In this document: one piece after another, positions 20,112 to 29,804 of the stretch
How positions within the stretch are numbered: the first letter of the stretch is position 1
Layout of the letters: every line of letters starts with the position of its first letter
Origin: Minisyncoccia bacterium
Lineage (GTDB): Bacteria; Patescibacteriota; Minisyncoccia; Phycocordibacterales; CALRBL01
Length of the DNA: 64,000 nt
Direction of reading: 5' to 3'
NCBI GenBank assembly: GCA_038230075.1
Contig: JBBRNV010000002.1
Location: 62,215 to 126,214 of the forward strand
Made by a program: the position numbers and the translations under genes
Notes under the pieces: generated by a model
Seen by the model: the letters and a program-made list of their open reading frames with translations, nothing else
Told to the model about the DNA's origin: nothing
The model's database searches: none

Positions 20112-21398
20112 ATGAATAATTTTATCGAAAAAGCAAAATTAATTCTCAGCGACAAAAGTATTCTTCGACGAATTCTTTTCACTCTTCTCGGGCTCGTTGC
20201 CTTTCGATTTCTTGCAGCTATTCCAATTCCAGGAGTTGATAAAATTAAACTCGTAAACTTTTTTGAAGCAAACCAATTCCTCAGTTTTCTTAACGTATTC
20301 TCTGGAGGGGGACTCTCAACACTTTCAATTGTAATGCTTGGAGTTGGTCCATACATCACTGCATCTATCATCATGCAGCTTTTGACTATGATGTCTGAAA
20401 ACTTGAAAGCGATGTATCAAGAAGAAGGACAAGCTGGACGAATGAAATTTGGTCAGTACACTCGATTAATTTCAGTACCGCTTGCTATGGTTCAAGCCTT
20501 CGGTTTTATTTTACTTCTTGAGAAGCAGGGAATTGTAGCTAATCTTGGAGTAACAGGTCTCATTACGAACGTTATTGTTATTGTTGCAGGATCAGTACTT
20601 CTTATGTGGATTGGAGAACTTATTTCAGAATTTGGAGTTGGTAACGGTCCATCACTTATTATCTTCGCTGGTATTATTGCTCGACTTCCTATCGTTCTCT
20701 CTCAAACAATTGCAACTTACGATGCTGCTCAACTTCCTGAATATATCGCCATTCTTGTTGCGGCCATTGCTGTTATTTTCTTGGTAGTACAAGTAACCGA
20801 AGCAGAACGACCAGTTTCTGTTACATATTCACGACAAGTTCGAGGAAATAAAGTATACGGAGGTGTTTCAACATATCTTCCACTTCGATTAAACCAGGCT
20901 GGAGTTATTCCAATCGTGTTTGCACTCTCACTTCTACTCTTCCCACAATTAATTGTTAATCTTGTCTCACGACTTGTTCATGGTGGCGCAATTGCTACTT
21001 TTGTTCAGGCATCTGCTACTCATATTGCAGATTTCATGGCTAACCAGTGGTATTACGGAATTTCATACTTCATTCTTGTTTTCCTCTTCACATACTTCTA
21101 CACAGCTATCACTTTCGATCCAAAAGCTATTTCAGAAAACCTTCAGAAAAGTGGAGCGTTCGTTCCAGGAGTTCGACCAGGAAATCCAACTATTGAATAT
21201 TTAAGTAAAATTGTGACTCGAATTACTCTTGTTGGTGCACTCTTCCTTGGAGTAGTAGCCATTCTTCCTCTCATTGTTAAAGCAATCAATAATAATCAAT
21301 CAATTGCTATTGGAGGAACAGCCCTTCTCATTGTGGTTTCAGTAGTGCTCGATCTTGTAAAGAAAGTAGGTGCTCAGATAAGCATGCGGGAATACTAG
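20112..21398 (+). CDS. secY: Preprotein translocase subunit SecY
   Basis: LGVGPYITASII, GVGNG, PGVRPG, GGTALLIVV. Confidence 0.98.
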   Translation: MNNFIEKAKLILSDKSILRRILFTLLGLVAFRFLAAIPIPGVDKIKLVNFFEANQFLSFLNVFSGGGLSTLSIVMLGVGPYITASIIMQLLTMMSENLKAMYQEEGQAGRMKFGQYTRLISVPLAMVQAFGFILLLEKQGIVANLGVTGLITNVIVIVAGSVLLMWIGELISEFGVGNGPSLIIFAGIIARLPIVLSQTIATYDAAQLPEYIAILVAAIAVIFLVVQVTEAERPVSVTYSRQVRGNKVYGGVSTYLPLRLNQAGVIPIVFALSLLLFPQLIVNLVSRLVHGGAIATFVQASATHIADFMANQWYYGISYFILVFLFTYFYTAITFDPKAISENLQKSGAFVPGVRPGNPTIEYLSKIVTRITLVGALFLGVVAILPLIVKAINNNQSIAIGGTALLIVVSVVLDLVKKVGAQISMREY

Positions 21399-21424
21399 TT
21401 TTGTGAGATAATCGAGCGGTATCT

Positions 21425-22198
21425 ATGAGTATCGATCGAACGACTAAAATCTTAATTATTTGCCTTGTAGTAGCCTTTGCTATTCTTGTTGGATTAGTCG
21501 GTGGATACTTTCTATTTGGTCCTGCAGATCCTGCAGTTAAAATTCACAGCACGGGGTCAGAAGCAATGGTTACCGCAACAACAACTGCAACAACAACCGC
21601 GACAACCACGCCAAATCAAAATTCTACTTCAACTGTTAGTTCTTCAACTTCTCCTGTTCTTTCATATGTAAACGGCCTTATTCAAAATGAGGCAAGTTGG
21701 AAAAAAGTAGTAGATGAAGAAGGGGGATACGACTTCTCAATTCCTAAAGAATTTTCAGCAAGCACCTATGCTAATAAAAATATAGTAAGTACTTCACTCG
21801 GAAGACAGTACACTAGTACCGATTCATTTGAAGGAGAAACGCTTCAAGTTTTTGTTGAAGCAACTACTAATACTGTTGAAGCGTGTCAGGCTGTTGTAAC
21901 CAATAATTCCGATGTTCGTTCAGAAATTGGAAATGTGTCACTTCAAAAAACACTTATCTCTCGATTAGGTTCAAATACTTTCTATCAAACAACGTTTACT
22001 TCGAATGCTGTAAGTCGTTTGTCGACAAAAGGAAAAGTATATTCACTTTTCTCAAGTGATGGTCTTTGTTATGTTGGAATTGCATCATACTCAACCACTG
22101 ATCCAAATACTCTTACATCAGATTACGATCAGGCCTTTTTCAAGGTTGCTGAAGAAATGCTTGGAACATTTGAATTCGCTCAAGCTCCTACTAACTAA
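21425..22198 (+). CDS. Membrane-anchored extracellular protein with Thr-rich linker
   Basis: N-terminal TM helix, TATTTATTTATTT linker. Confidence 0.75.
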   Translation: MSIDRTTKILIICLVVAFAILVGLVGGYFLFGPADPAVKIHSTGSEAMVTATTTATTTATTTPNQNSTSTVSSSTSPVLSYVNGLIQNEASWKKVVDEEGGYDFSIPKEFSASTYANKNIVSTSLGRQYTSTDSFEGETLQVFVEATTNTVEACQAVVTNNSDVRSEIGNVSLQKTLISRLGSNTFYQTTFTSNAVSRLSTKGKVYSLFSSDGLCYVGIASYSTTDPNTLTSDYDQAFFKVAEEMLGTFEFAQAPTN

Positions 22199-22201
22199 TA
22201 T

Positions 22202-22813
22202 ATGCACGCTCAAACAATACTTATCATGGGGAGATCAGGTTCTGGAAAGGGAACACAAGTTCGCTTTATTGAAGAGTATATTAAAGATAAAGATATCGAT
22301 TCATTACCACTCTTCCATTTAGAAACAGGTAAGGCATTTCGAGAATTTATTAAAGGAAGTTCGCTCGCAAGTCGGCTTGCTTTTGATAAGTCTGAAAAAG
22401 GAGAACGACAGCCCGACTTTCTTGCGGTGTGGATGTGGACTCACACTGTTGTTCTAACGCTCGAAGATCAGATGCATTGGATTATCGATGGTACACCACG
22501 ATCACTTCCTGAAGCAAAAATCTTAGAAAGCGCTTTTGTTTTCTTTAAACGTCCAAAACCAATCATTATCTATTTAAATGTTGGTTCTGAGTGGTCATTC
22601 GATCGAATGAAAGCACGAGGAAGAGAAGATGATGTAAACGCAGGTTCAAAAGAAAATCGAGTGAAATGGTTTGATGAAGATGTGGTACCTGCAATTGAAT
22701 ATTTTAAAAACCAACTAGATTGCAGCTTTTTCGAAATAAATGGTGAGCAAGAAATTGAAAAGGTGAGAGAAGATATTATGGCAAAAATTAAGCCAATGTT
22801 AGATCATAAATAA
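22202..22813 (+). CDS. adk: Adenylate kinase-family nucleoside monophosphate kinase (short LID)
   Basis: GRSGSGKGTQ, DGTPR, RGREDD; position between secY and map. Confidence 0.85.
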   Translation: MHAQTILIMGRSGSGKGTQVRFIEEYIKDKDIDSLPLFHLETGKAFREFIKGSSLASRLAFDKSEKGERQPDFLAVWMWTHTVVLTLEDQMHWIIDGTPRSLPEAKILESAFVFFKRPKPIIIYLNVGSEWSFDRMKARGREDDVNAGSKENRVKWFDEDVVPAIEYFKNQLDCSFFEINGEQEIEKVREDIMAKIKPMLDHK

Positions 22814-22814
22814 C

Positions 22815-23588
22815 ATGGTCAAATATAAAAGCCCAGAAGAAATACAAGTCTTGCGAGAAGGAGGAAAAATTATTGCCACCATACTCAAAGAACTCGAAGC
22901 CTTAGTTAAGGTTGGTCTTTCAACTGATGAAATAAATAATAAGGCGGCATTGCTTTGTGCATCACACAATGTTTCTCCGGTGTTTCTTGGGTATAAACCT
23001 CAAGGAGCAAAGCGGCCATATCCTGCAGCTATTTGTGTGTCTATTAACGATGAGATTGTGCACGGTATTCCAAATGAGAATCCAAAAATTCTAAAGGAAG
23101 GAGACGTGGTGTCACTTGATATGGGAATTATTTACAAAAAAATGGTTCTCGATTCTGCAATTACTGTTCCTGTTGGAACTATTGATGCTGCTGCAATACA
23201 TTTACTTAACATTACTAAAGACGCTTTATATATTGGAATCGCACAAGCGGTTATCGGAAACCGAATAGGAGACATTGGTGCGGCGATTGAAGAGGTGGCA
23301 CTTTCTGCTGGTTTTTCTGTTGCAGATGACTTGTGTGGTCATGGTGTTGGATATGCAATTCACGAAGATCCTTTTATTCCAAATGTAGGACGAAGAGGAA
23401 CTGGCCTTATTCTTGAAGAAGGGTTAGTGATAGCAATCGAACCTATGTTTTGTGAAAAGGGATCTCGTATAAAAATGGGAGGTGATGGATATACACTGTT
23501 AACAAAAGATGGAGGAAGATCTGCTCATTTTGAACACACTATTGCGATTACAAAAGATGGTCCGCTTATTTTGTCATCACTCGAATAA
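22815..23588 (+). CDS. map: Methionine aminopeptidase type I
   Basis: SINDEIVHGIP, GHGVG, AIEPM, SAHFEHT. Confidence 0.97.
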   Translation: MVKYKSPEEIQVLREGGKIIATILKELEALVKVGLSTDEINNKAALLCASHNVSPVFLGYKPQGAKRPYPAAICVSINDEIVHGIPNENPKILKEGDVVSLDMGIIYKKMVLDSAITVPVGTIDAAAIHLLNITKDALYIGIAQAVIGNRIGDIGAAIEEVALSAGFSVADDLCGHGVGYAIHEDPFIPNVGRRGTGLILEEGLVIAIEPMFCEKGSRIKMGGDGYTLLTKDGGRSAHFEHTIAITKDGPLILSSLE

Positions 23589-23630
23589 AATCTCTTTCAG
23601 CGACAAGTGTAATAAGATATAATATAAGAA

Positions 23631-26498
23631 ATGGAACAAAGTTTTTCACAAAACAAAGAACTTTTCTCTTCTCCTGAAGAAGAACTTGCATATTTGCGCG
23701 AGCGAGTTCAAAAACAAGAACAAGTATTGAAACAAAAAGGTGAGAATCCTGATCGAGAAGAGTTGATCATGAAAGAGTTGAAAGAATACACACAATCAAT
23801 TCCTGAAAAAACTTTAGCTAAGGGCTTTCAAATGATAGAGCCACATCAACAAGCCATTGTTCTCGATCTTATTCCTGAAACACATGATGATAAGATGTCA
23901 GAACTTCTTGGGCTTCTTCATGATAAAGGTTTTCTCAACACATTGTCTGTTGTTGAAAAGTTGGGTAATCCTCATATTGAATCCGATTTTCATCGGTTTC
24001 TAGTTGAATATATTAAGAAAGGATTTGAAGTAAAGGGAGCAAGTGAGAAATCTCCAATCTACAAAGCACTTCGACACACTCTATATGAAGTGTCGCTTCC
24101 TCGTCCAAAAAAAGAAGAAAAAGAACGGCAGTTGAAAGAAGTTATTTCAAGTATGGAACAGTTCTACGCAGGAATGCTTTCAGTTTCAACTGAAGCAGAG
24201 AGAAACACTGAAAACTTTTTTTCAATTGAACTGGCTATTTCAAATGACAGTCAAGAATTTGTTTTCTACGCTTCAGTTCCTGATAGTAAAACTAACCTGT
24301 TTGAAAAACAGCTTCTTTCTGTTTTTGCAGGAGCAAAGATTGTTGAAAAGAAAGATGATTACAATGTGTTTAATGCAGAGGGAATTACTGTTGCATCAGT
24401 TGCCAAACAAAAGAATAAACCAATTTTTCCAATCAAAACCTATGAGCAGTTTGACTATGATCCATTAAATATTGTTTTGAACACTCTTTCAAAGATTGAT
24501 AAGTCGGGGGAAGGAGCGTCTATTCAATTGGTCATCAATCCGTCTGGCGACTACTACCTTAAACCTTTTAAAAATGCACTAGAACAGATTCATAAGGGAG
24601 TGAAAGTGAAAGACGCAATCGATACTCCGTTCACTGCTGGTCAATTAATGAAAAAAGAGTTGAAAGAAATTGGTAAAACAATGTTTGATGAAGTGTTTAA
24701 GCGAAAAGATGACAAGAAAAAAGACGAAGAAAAATTTGAGAAAAAAGGGGTAAAGCCAGAAGATCAAAAAGTACTCGAGCAAATTGAGCAGAAAATATCT
24801 TCGCCAGTTACTGCTGTTAACATTCGTATTGTTGCGTCAGCTCCAAGTAGACATCGTGCAGAAGAAATTCTTTCAGATATTGAGTCTTCATTTAATCAGT
24901 TTGAAAACACTACGGGAAATGCTTTATCTTTTGATCGAGTTTCAGAGAAAGACCTTTCAAAAACAGTTCGAAATTTCTCATTTAGAATGTTCGACGATAG
25001 CCAAGCCCTTCCTATGAATTTGCGTGAAATTAGCTCTATTCTGCACTTCCCAGGCCAGTCTATTGTTGAAGGTGGACAATTGAAGCAAAGTAAGGCGAGT
25101 ACAGCTCCAGCGCCCCTTGATGCGCCTCGAGAAGGGGTCTATTTGGGTGTTAATAAGCACCGAAATCAAGAAGTTCCTATTTATATGACTCCTGAAGATC
25201 GACTTCGACACTTCTACGTTATTGGTCAAACAGGAACTGGAAAGACTACTCTTTTGAAAGACATGATTATTCAAGATATTAAGAATGGGGAAGGTGTCTG
25301 CTTTATCGATCCACACGGATCAGACGTGCAAGATATTTTGGCCCATATTCCACCTGAACGATTCGAAGATGTTATTTATTTCGATCCAAGTTATATTCCA
25401 CGGCCGATGGGAATGAATATGCTTGAATACGATCCTGCATATCCTGAGCAAAAAACATTCGTGGTAAATGAACTCTTTTCTATTTTTGATAAGTTGTTTG
25501 ACATGAAGACGACCGGAGGCCCAATGTTTGAACAATATTTTAGAAACTCAACAATGCTCGTGCTTGAAGATCCAGAATCAGGAAACACACTTCTTGATGT
25601 ATCTCGCGTGCTTTCAAATAAAGCATATCGAGAATTAAAAATTTCACGATGTAAGAATCCTATTGTTGTGCAGTTTTGGAAAGAAGTTGCTGAGAAGGCA
25701 GGAGGGGAATCATCACTTGCAAACATTGTTCCTTACATCACAAGTAAGTTTGATGTGTTTTTGGCAAACGATATTATGCGACCGCTTATTGCTCAAGAAA
25801 AATCGTCATTTGATTTCAGAAAGATTATGGATGAAAAGAAAATCTTACTTGTTAATCTTTCAAAAGGAAGATTGGGTGACATTAACGCTAACTTAATTGG
25901 TCTTATTTTGGTTGGAAAGATTTTGATGGCAGCACTTTCACGAGTAGATTCAATGGCTAAAGGTTTTCCTCCTTTCTATTTATATATCGATGAGTTCCAA
26001 AATGTGACCACAAATTCTATTTCAGTTATTTTGTCTGAAGCTCGAAAATATAAACTCTCACTTCATATCGCTCATCAATTTATTGCACAACTTAAAGAAG
26101 ATATTCGAGATGCCGTGTTTGGAAACGTTGGATCAATTGTTTCGTATCGAGTTGGTGCAGACGACGCTGAATATTTACAGAAACAATTTGAACCAGTTTT
26201 TACTTCAAACGATATTATGAATCTCGATAACCTGAACGCCTATTCACGACTTCTTATAAATGGCCGACCTGCTCGTCCTTTCAACATTACTGTGCCATTT
26301 CCTCCTGTGGTTGATAAATCTCACGTGCAGCCGTTGAAAGAACTTTCATATTTAAAATATGGAGGAGATAGAGAAGAGATTGAAGAAATGGTCATGAAGA
26401 AATATCGAAAAGAACCACCTCCAGCTCCTGCGCCATCACCGTTTCCTGCGGCAGAATCTCAACTTAAAAAGGCACTTAATCCATTCCTTGAGGTCTAA
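23631..26498 (+). CDS. VirD4/TrwB/HerA-like (FtsK-HerA superfamily) ATPase with large N-terminal domain
   Basis: RHFYVIGQTGTGKT, IDPHG, LYIDEFQN, ILSEARKYKL, AHQF. Confidence 0.88.
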   Translation: MEQSFSQNKELFSSPEEELAYLRERVQKQEQVLKQKGENPDREELIMKELKEYTQSIPEKTLAKGFQMIEPHQQAIVLDLIPETHDDKMSELLGLLHDKGFLNTLSVVEKLGNPHIESDFHRFLVEYIKKGFEVKGASEKSPIYKALRHTLYEVSLPRPKKEEKERQLKEVISSMEQFYAGMLSVSTEAERNTENFFSIELAISNDSQEFVFYASVPDSKTNLFEKQLLSVFAGAKIVEKKDDYNVFNAEGITVASVAKQKNKPIFPIKTYEQFDYDPLNIVLNTLSKIDKSGEGASIQLVINPSGDYYLKPFKNALEQIHKGVKVKDAIDTPFTAGQLMKKELKEIGKTMFDEVFKRKDDKKKDEEKFEKKGVKPEDQKVLEQIEQKISSPVTAVNIRIVASAPSRHRAEEILSDIESSFNQFENTTGNALSFDRVSEKDLSKTVRNFSFRMFDDSQALPMNLREISSILHFPGQSIVEGGQLKQSKASTAPAPLDAPREGVYLGVNKHRNQEVPIYMTPEDRLRHFYVIGQTGTGKTTLLKDMIIQDIKNGEGVCFIDPHGSDVQDILAHIPPERFEDVIYFDPSYIPRPMGMNMLEYDPAYPEQKTFVVNELFSIFDKLFDMKTTGGPMFEQYFRNSTMLVLEDPESGNTLLDVSRVLSNKAYRELKISRCKNPIVVQFWKEVAEKAGGESSLANIVPYITSKFDVFLANDIMRPLIAQEKSSFDFRKIMDEKKILLVNLSKGRLGDINANLIGLILVGKILMAALSRVDSMAKGFPPFYLYIDEFQNVTTNSISVILSEARKYKLSLHIAHQFIAQLKEDIRDAVFGNVGSIVSYRVGADDAEYLQKQFEPVFTSNDIMNLDNLNAYSRLLINGRPARPFNITVPFPPVVDKSHVQPLKELSYLKYGGDREEIEEMVMKKYRKEPPPAPAPSPFPAAESQLKKALNPFLEV

Positions 26499-26531
26499 TA
26501 GCTTTTATATTGTGGTGTGTATAATGAACGT

Positions 26532-27137
26532 ATGACTCATCACAAATACGAACAAACATTTACTCTTATAAAGCCAGATGGAATTCAGCGGTCATTAATT
26601 GGTGAAATGATTGGCAGATTTGAAAAAGTTGGCCTCAAATTGGTTGCGATGAAAATGTTTGTACCTACAAAAGATCTCATTAAAAAGCATTACACCATTG
26701 ATCCTGATTGGTTTATGATTACCGGTACTAAATCCATTAAAGGAAGAGCAGCTTCGGGGGAAGATGTAACGGGATTAGATCCAATAAAAGTATGTGAAGA
26801 GGTTCTTGAACGACTACAAACCTATTTATCTGCAGGTCCCGTAATTTCTATGGTGTGGCAAGGTGCTCATGCAGTTCGGCTCGTTCGAAAACTTGTGGGA
26901 GGAACAGAGCCACTTACTTCAGATGTGGGAACAATTCGTGGAGACTTTGTGATGGACTCTTATGAAATGACAGAAGTTGATAAACGATCGATTCGAAATT
27001 TAATTCACGCATCAGGATCAGTGAAAGAAGCGCATGATGAAATTAACTTATGGTTTAAACCTGAAGAAATTATCAAGTATCGATTGGCACAGGAAGAAAT
27101 TTTGTATGATGTCAATCTTGACGGAATTTTAGAATAA
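26532..27137 (+). CDS. ndk: Nucleoside-diphosphate kinase
   Basis: LIKPDG, GTIRGDF, RNLIHASGS; ATG 6 nt after TATAAT. Confidence 0.93.
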   Translation: MTHHKYEQTFTLIKPDGIQRSLIGEMIGRFEKVGLKLVAMKMFVPTKDLIKKHYTIDPDWFMITGTKSIKGRAASGEDVTGLDPIKVCEEVLERLQTYLSAGPVISMVWQGAHAVRLVRKLVGGTEPLTSDVGTIRGDFVMDSYEMTEVDKRSIRNLIHASGSVKEAHDEINLWFKPEEIIKYRLAQEEILYDVNLDGILE

Positions 27138-27191
27138 ACTTCCTCTTTAAAAAATCCTTGCGTCTCGTGTGAGGTGAGTATAATGAACTAC

Positions 27192-27309
27192 GGATTATCT
27201 TGTATCATCGAGATTAATTTTTTCATTCGGGGTTTCGGAATCAATTTTCACTTTGGTGTTAGTTGTAGAAGTCCCACCTAGTTTAAGCTAGGATGATACC
27301 TGATAATCC
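27192..27309 (+). ncRNA. Candidate compact 6S-like RNA
   Basis: Starts 7 nt after TATAAT (27179-27184); closing stems GGATTATC/GATAATCC and GTATCATC/GATGATAC, central bubble, terminal stem GGGGTTTC/GAAGTCCC. Confidence 0.55.
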
Positions 27310-27311
27310 AT

Positions 27312-27376
27312 GCAAGAAACGGAAAAGTGTAGGTACGTCGAAAGATGTCCTTATAACTAGCCGTTTTTTGCTTTTT
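27312..27376 (+). terminator. Terminator-like hairpin with structured loop
   Basis: GCAAGAAACGG/CCGTTTTTTGC stem then T-run; inner GAAA-capped stem. Confidence 0.55.
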
Positions 27377-27439
27377 ATGGTACTATGGTAAGTCGCTAGT
27401 TCACCCCATATCACCTCACCCTGCAAAGCTTGTCACCTC

Positions 27440-27817
27440 ATGCTCTTGCGATTTATTCTCAACCCCCTCAGACTGATAGCACTATCGCTTCTTAGTTGGG
27501 TCGAAGAACACCAACCTGAAGACCCAGATCACCACGTACTCACTCTTGTTGACGCAAAGATTTCCGAAATGAGAGAGGGGATTGTCAAAAAACGTTTACA
27601 TTGCGACCCTTACTTGATTGGTTGTCGTTGTCCACTTCGAGTGGAAGAGACGGCCGATCTTCAAGGGATACGCATAACGGTGACGTTTACTCAAATGCGA
27701 TGGATTGTTTCTTTTGAGGGAGATATTGCACTCATCACCAAGGCGCAATTATTTATCCAGAGGAGATTTTTCAAAAACACCCGAGTTGTTGTACGACCGA
27801 CCGAAAATTCCACTTAA
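27440..27817 (+). CDS. Orphan protein (125 aa) with C-rich leader
   Basis: Own TG-TACTAT promoter, ATG start, downstream GC hairpin. Confidence 0.6.
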   Translation: MLLRFILNPLRLIALSLLSWVEEHQPEDPDHHVLTLVDAKISEMREGIVKKRLHCDPYLIGCRCPLRVEETADLQGIRITVTFTQMRWIVSFEGDIALITKAQLFIQRRFFKNTRVVVRPTENST

Positions 27818-27820
27818 GCC

Positions 27821-27863
27821 CACCGCCCGCTTTGCGTTTACGCCGAGCGGGCCGTGCTTTTTT
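27821..27863 (+). terminator. Intrinsic terminator
   Basis: GCCCGCT...AGCGGGC stem followed by T6. Confidence 0.65.
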
Positions 27864-27901
27864 ATAACTTCACTCTTTTCCATATTTGGTATAATAGCCA
27901 C

Positions 27902-28015
27902 ATGAGAAAACTTACCTTGATTCTGCTTATTATTATCTTGGTGGCACTAGGTATTGGGTATGCACAAAAATTGTATAGAGGATTAACAACTGAAACAGCT
28001 CCGCTTACACGATAA
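27902..28015 (+). CDS. 37-aa single-TM peptide (not in ORF track)
   Basis: MRKLTLILLIIILVALGIGYAQKLYRGLTTETAPLTR; ATG 6 nt after TG-g-TATAAT. Confidence 0.6.
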   Translation: MRKLTLILLIIILVALGIGYAQKLYRGLTTETAPLTR

Positions 28016-28035
28016 GTTCGTGTTACCATAATCAC

Positions 28036-28917
28036 ATGTTCTCAGCTGCAGACATCTCTATCATTCCACAACTTATTGCAAATAGCCTTATTGCAGCGGC
28101 ACTTTATGCACTCATTGCGCTTGGTTTTAACTTAATATATGGAGCAACAAAGTTTTTCAACTTAGCTCATGGTGCGGTGGTTGTTGTTGGTGGGTATCTT
28201 GTTTTTGCTCTCACTCGATTTGCAGGAATTAATGTCTACATTGCAGTACTTATTGGTGTTCTCGGTTCGGGTGTTCTCGGACTACTTCTTGATCGTTTTA
28301 TTTTTCTTCCTCTTCGAGTTCGAAAAGCGTCGAGTATGGTGACCTTGGTAGCATCACTTGGAATCTCAACGGTGCTTCAGGCAATTATCGCCATGATTTT
28401 CACTAGTCAGTTTCAAACACTTTCACTCAGCTTCAATACAAAAACATTTAATCTTTTTGGAGGAATCATCACTGATGTACAGTTGGTGATGATGCTCTCA
28501 GCTCTTGTCATAATGATTGTACTCGGCATTATTTTACGAAAAACATTATTTGGAAAAACAGTTGAAGCTATTAGTGATAACGAAGAAGTAGCACGAGTGG
28601 TTGGTATTGATACAAATAAAGTAATTGCTCAAGTATTTTTTATAGGTTCAATGATTGCCGGGCTTGCTGGTATTCTTGTTGGATTCGATACGGGGATTGA
28701 ACCTACTATGGGTATGTCTTTGCTGCTTAAAGGCGTCATTGCTTCAATTATTGGAGGGGTGGGGAGTGTATACGGAGCTGTTATTGGTGCGGTAGTGCTT
28801 GGCTTCGTTGAAAACTTTGGTATCTGGAAAATCTCAGGGGAGTGGAAAGACGCTATTGCGTTTGGAGTGTTAATTCTCTTTTTATTATTCAGGTCTCAAG
28901 GTATTCTAAAACGATAA
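28036..28917 (+). CDS. livH: Branched-chain amino acid ABC permease
   Basis: YALIALGFNLIYG, NLAHG, IIGGVGS. Confidence 0.92.
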   Translation: MFSAADISIIPQLIANSLIAAALYALIALGFNLIYGATKFFNLAHGAVVVVGGYLVFALTRFAGINVYIAVLIGVLGSGVLGLLLDRFIFLPLRVRKASSMVTLVASLGISTVLQAIIAMIFTSQFQTLSLSFNTKTFNLFGGIITDVQLVMMLSALVIMIVLGIILRKTLFGKTVEAISDNEEVARVVGIDTNKVIAQVFFIGSMIAGLAGILVGFDTGIEPTMGMSLLLKGVIASIIGGVGSVYGAVIGAVVLGFVENFGIWKISGEWKDAIAFGVLILFLLFRSQGILKR

Positions 28918-28918
28918 T

Positions 28919-29797
28919 ATGGAATACTTCATTCACCTCGGCATTCTCTTTGGTATCTATGCAGGCTTAGCACTTAGTCTTAATCTTCTGGTTGGATATA
29001 CTGGATTGTTGTCGGTCACTCATGCGGCATTTTACGGAATTGGAGCATACACCACGGCAATTCTTCTGACCAAATACAGTACGACATTTGCTGGCAACTT
29101 TTTCCTTTCAATTTTTATTGGAATGATTATTTCAGGATTACTCGCTCTGTTTATCGGTTTCGTACTCCGTAGGTTTAAAGACGATTACTACGCTCTGGTT
29201 TCATTCGGGTTTAACATTATTGTCTACAGCATCTTTCTTAACTGGCAAGATGTGACACGTGGTCCTCTTGGAATTCCTGGTATTACTCGACCTAGTTTGT
29301 TTGGTTACGAACTGCAAAGTAACACGGCATTTCTTATTCTGACTTTGGTTATAATGTTGGCTATTTACGGAGTGTGTTACTTTATCGTCAACTCATCATT
29401 CGGAAGAGTACTTAAGGCAATTCGAGAAGATGAAAAAGCACTTCAGGTATTTGGATATAAGACGTCGAGGTACAAACTGGTAACATTTGTGGTTGCTGCA
29501 ATGCTTGCTGCTGTTGCTGGGTCACTCTTTGCTAGTTACATTACGTTTATCGATCCATCGACGTTCAGTTTGAATGAATCAATCTTTATTTTGGCCATGA
29601 TTATTCTAGGAGGTCTCGCTAGTTTGCGAGGTTCACTTGTTGGGGCACTCTTCCTTATTTTACTTCCCGAAGCGCTTCGTTTCGTTGGTTTTCCAACAGA
29701 CATTGCTGCTCAAATGCGTCAAGCGGTATATGGGCTACTTTTGATCGCACTCATGCTTTATCGTCCGCAAGGTTTAATGGGGGAGTATAAGTTATAA
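28919..29797 (+). CDS. livM: Branched-chain amino acid ABC permease
   Basis: LNLLVGYTGLLS, HAAFYGIGAY, AIREDE, RPQGL. Confidence 0.92.
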   Translation: MEYFIHLGILFGIYAGLALSLNLLVGYTGLLSVTHAAFYGIGAYTTAILLTKYSTTFAGNFFLSIFIGMIISGLLALFIGFVLRRFKDDYYALVSFGFNIIVYSIFLNWQDVTRGPLGIPGITRPSLFGYELQSNTAFLILTLVIMLAIYGVCYFIVNSSFGRVLKAIREDEKALQVFGYKTSRYKLVTFVVAAMLAAVAGSLFASYITFIDPSTFSLNESIFILAMIILGGLASLRGSLVGALFLILLPEALRFVGFPTDIAAQMRQAVYGLLLIALMLYRPQGLMGEYKL

Positions 29798-29804
29798 TTT
29801 TTAT

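Noticed and set aside
27295-27365. Hammerhead-like CTGA...GAAA elements
   Set aside because: The core is CTGATAA rather than CTGANGA and the helices do not fit the hammerhead topology
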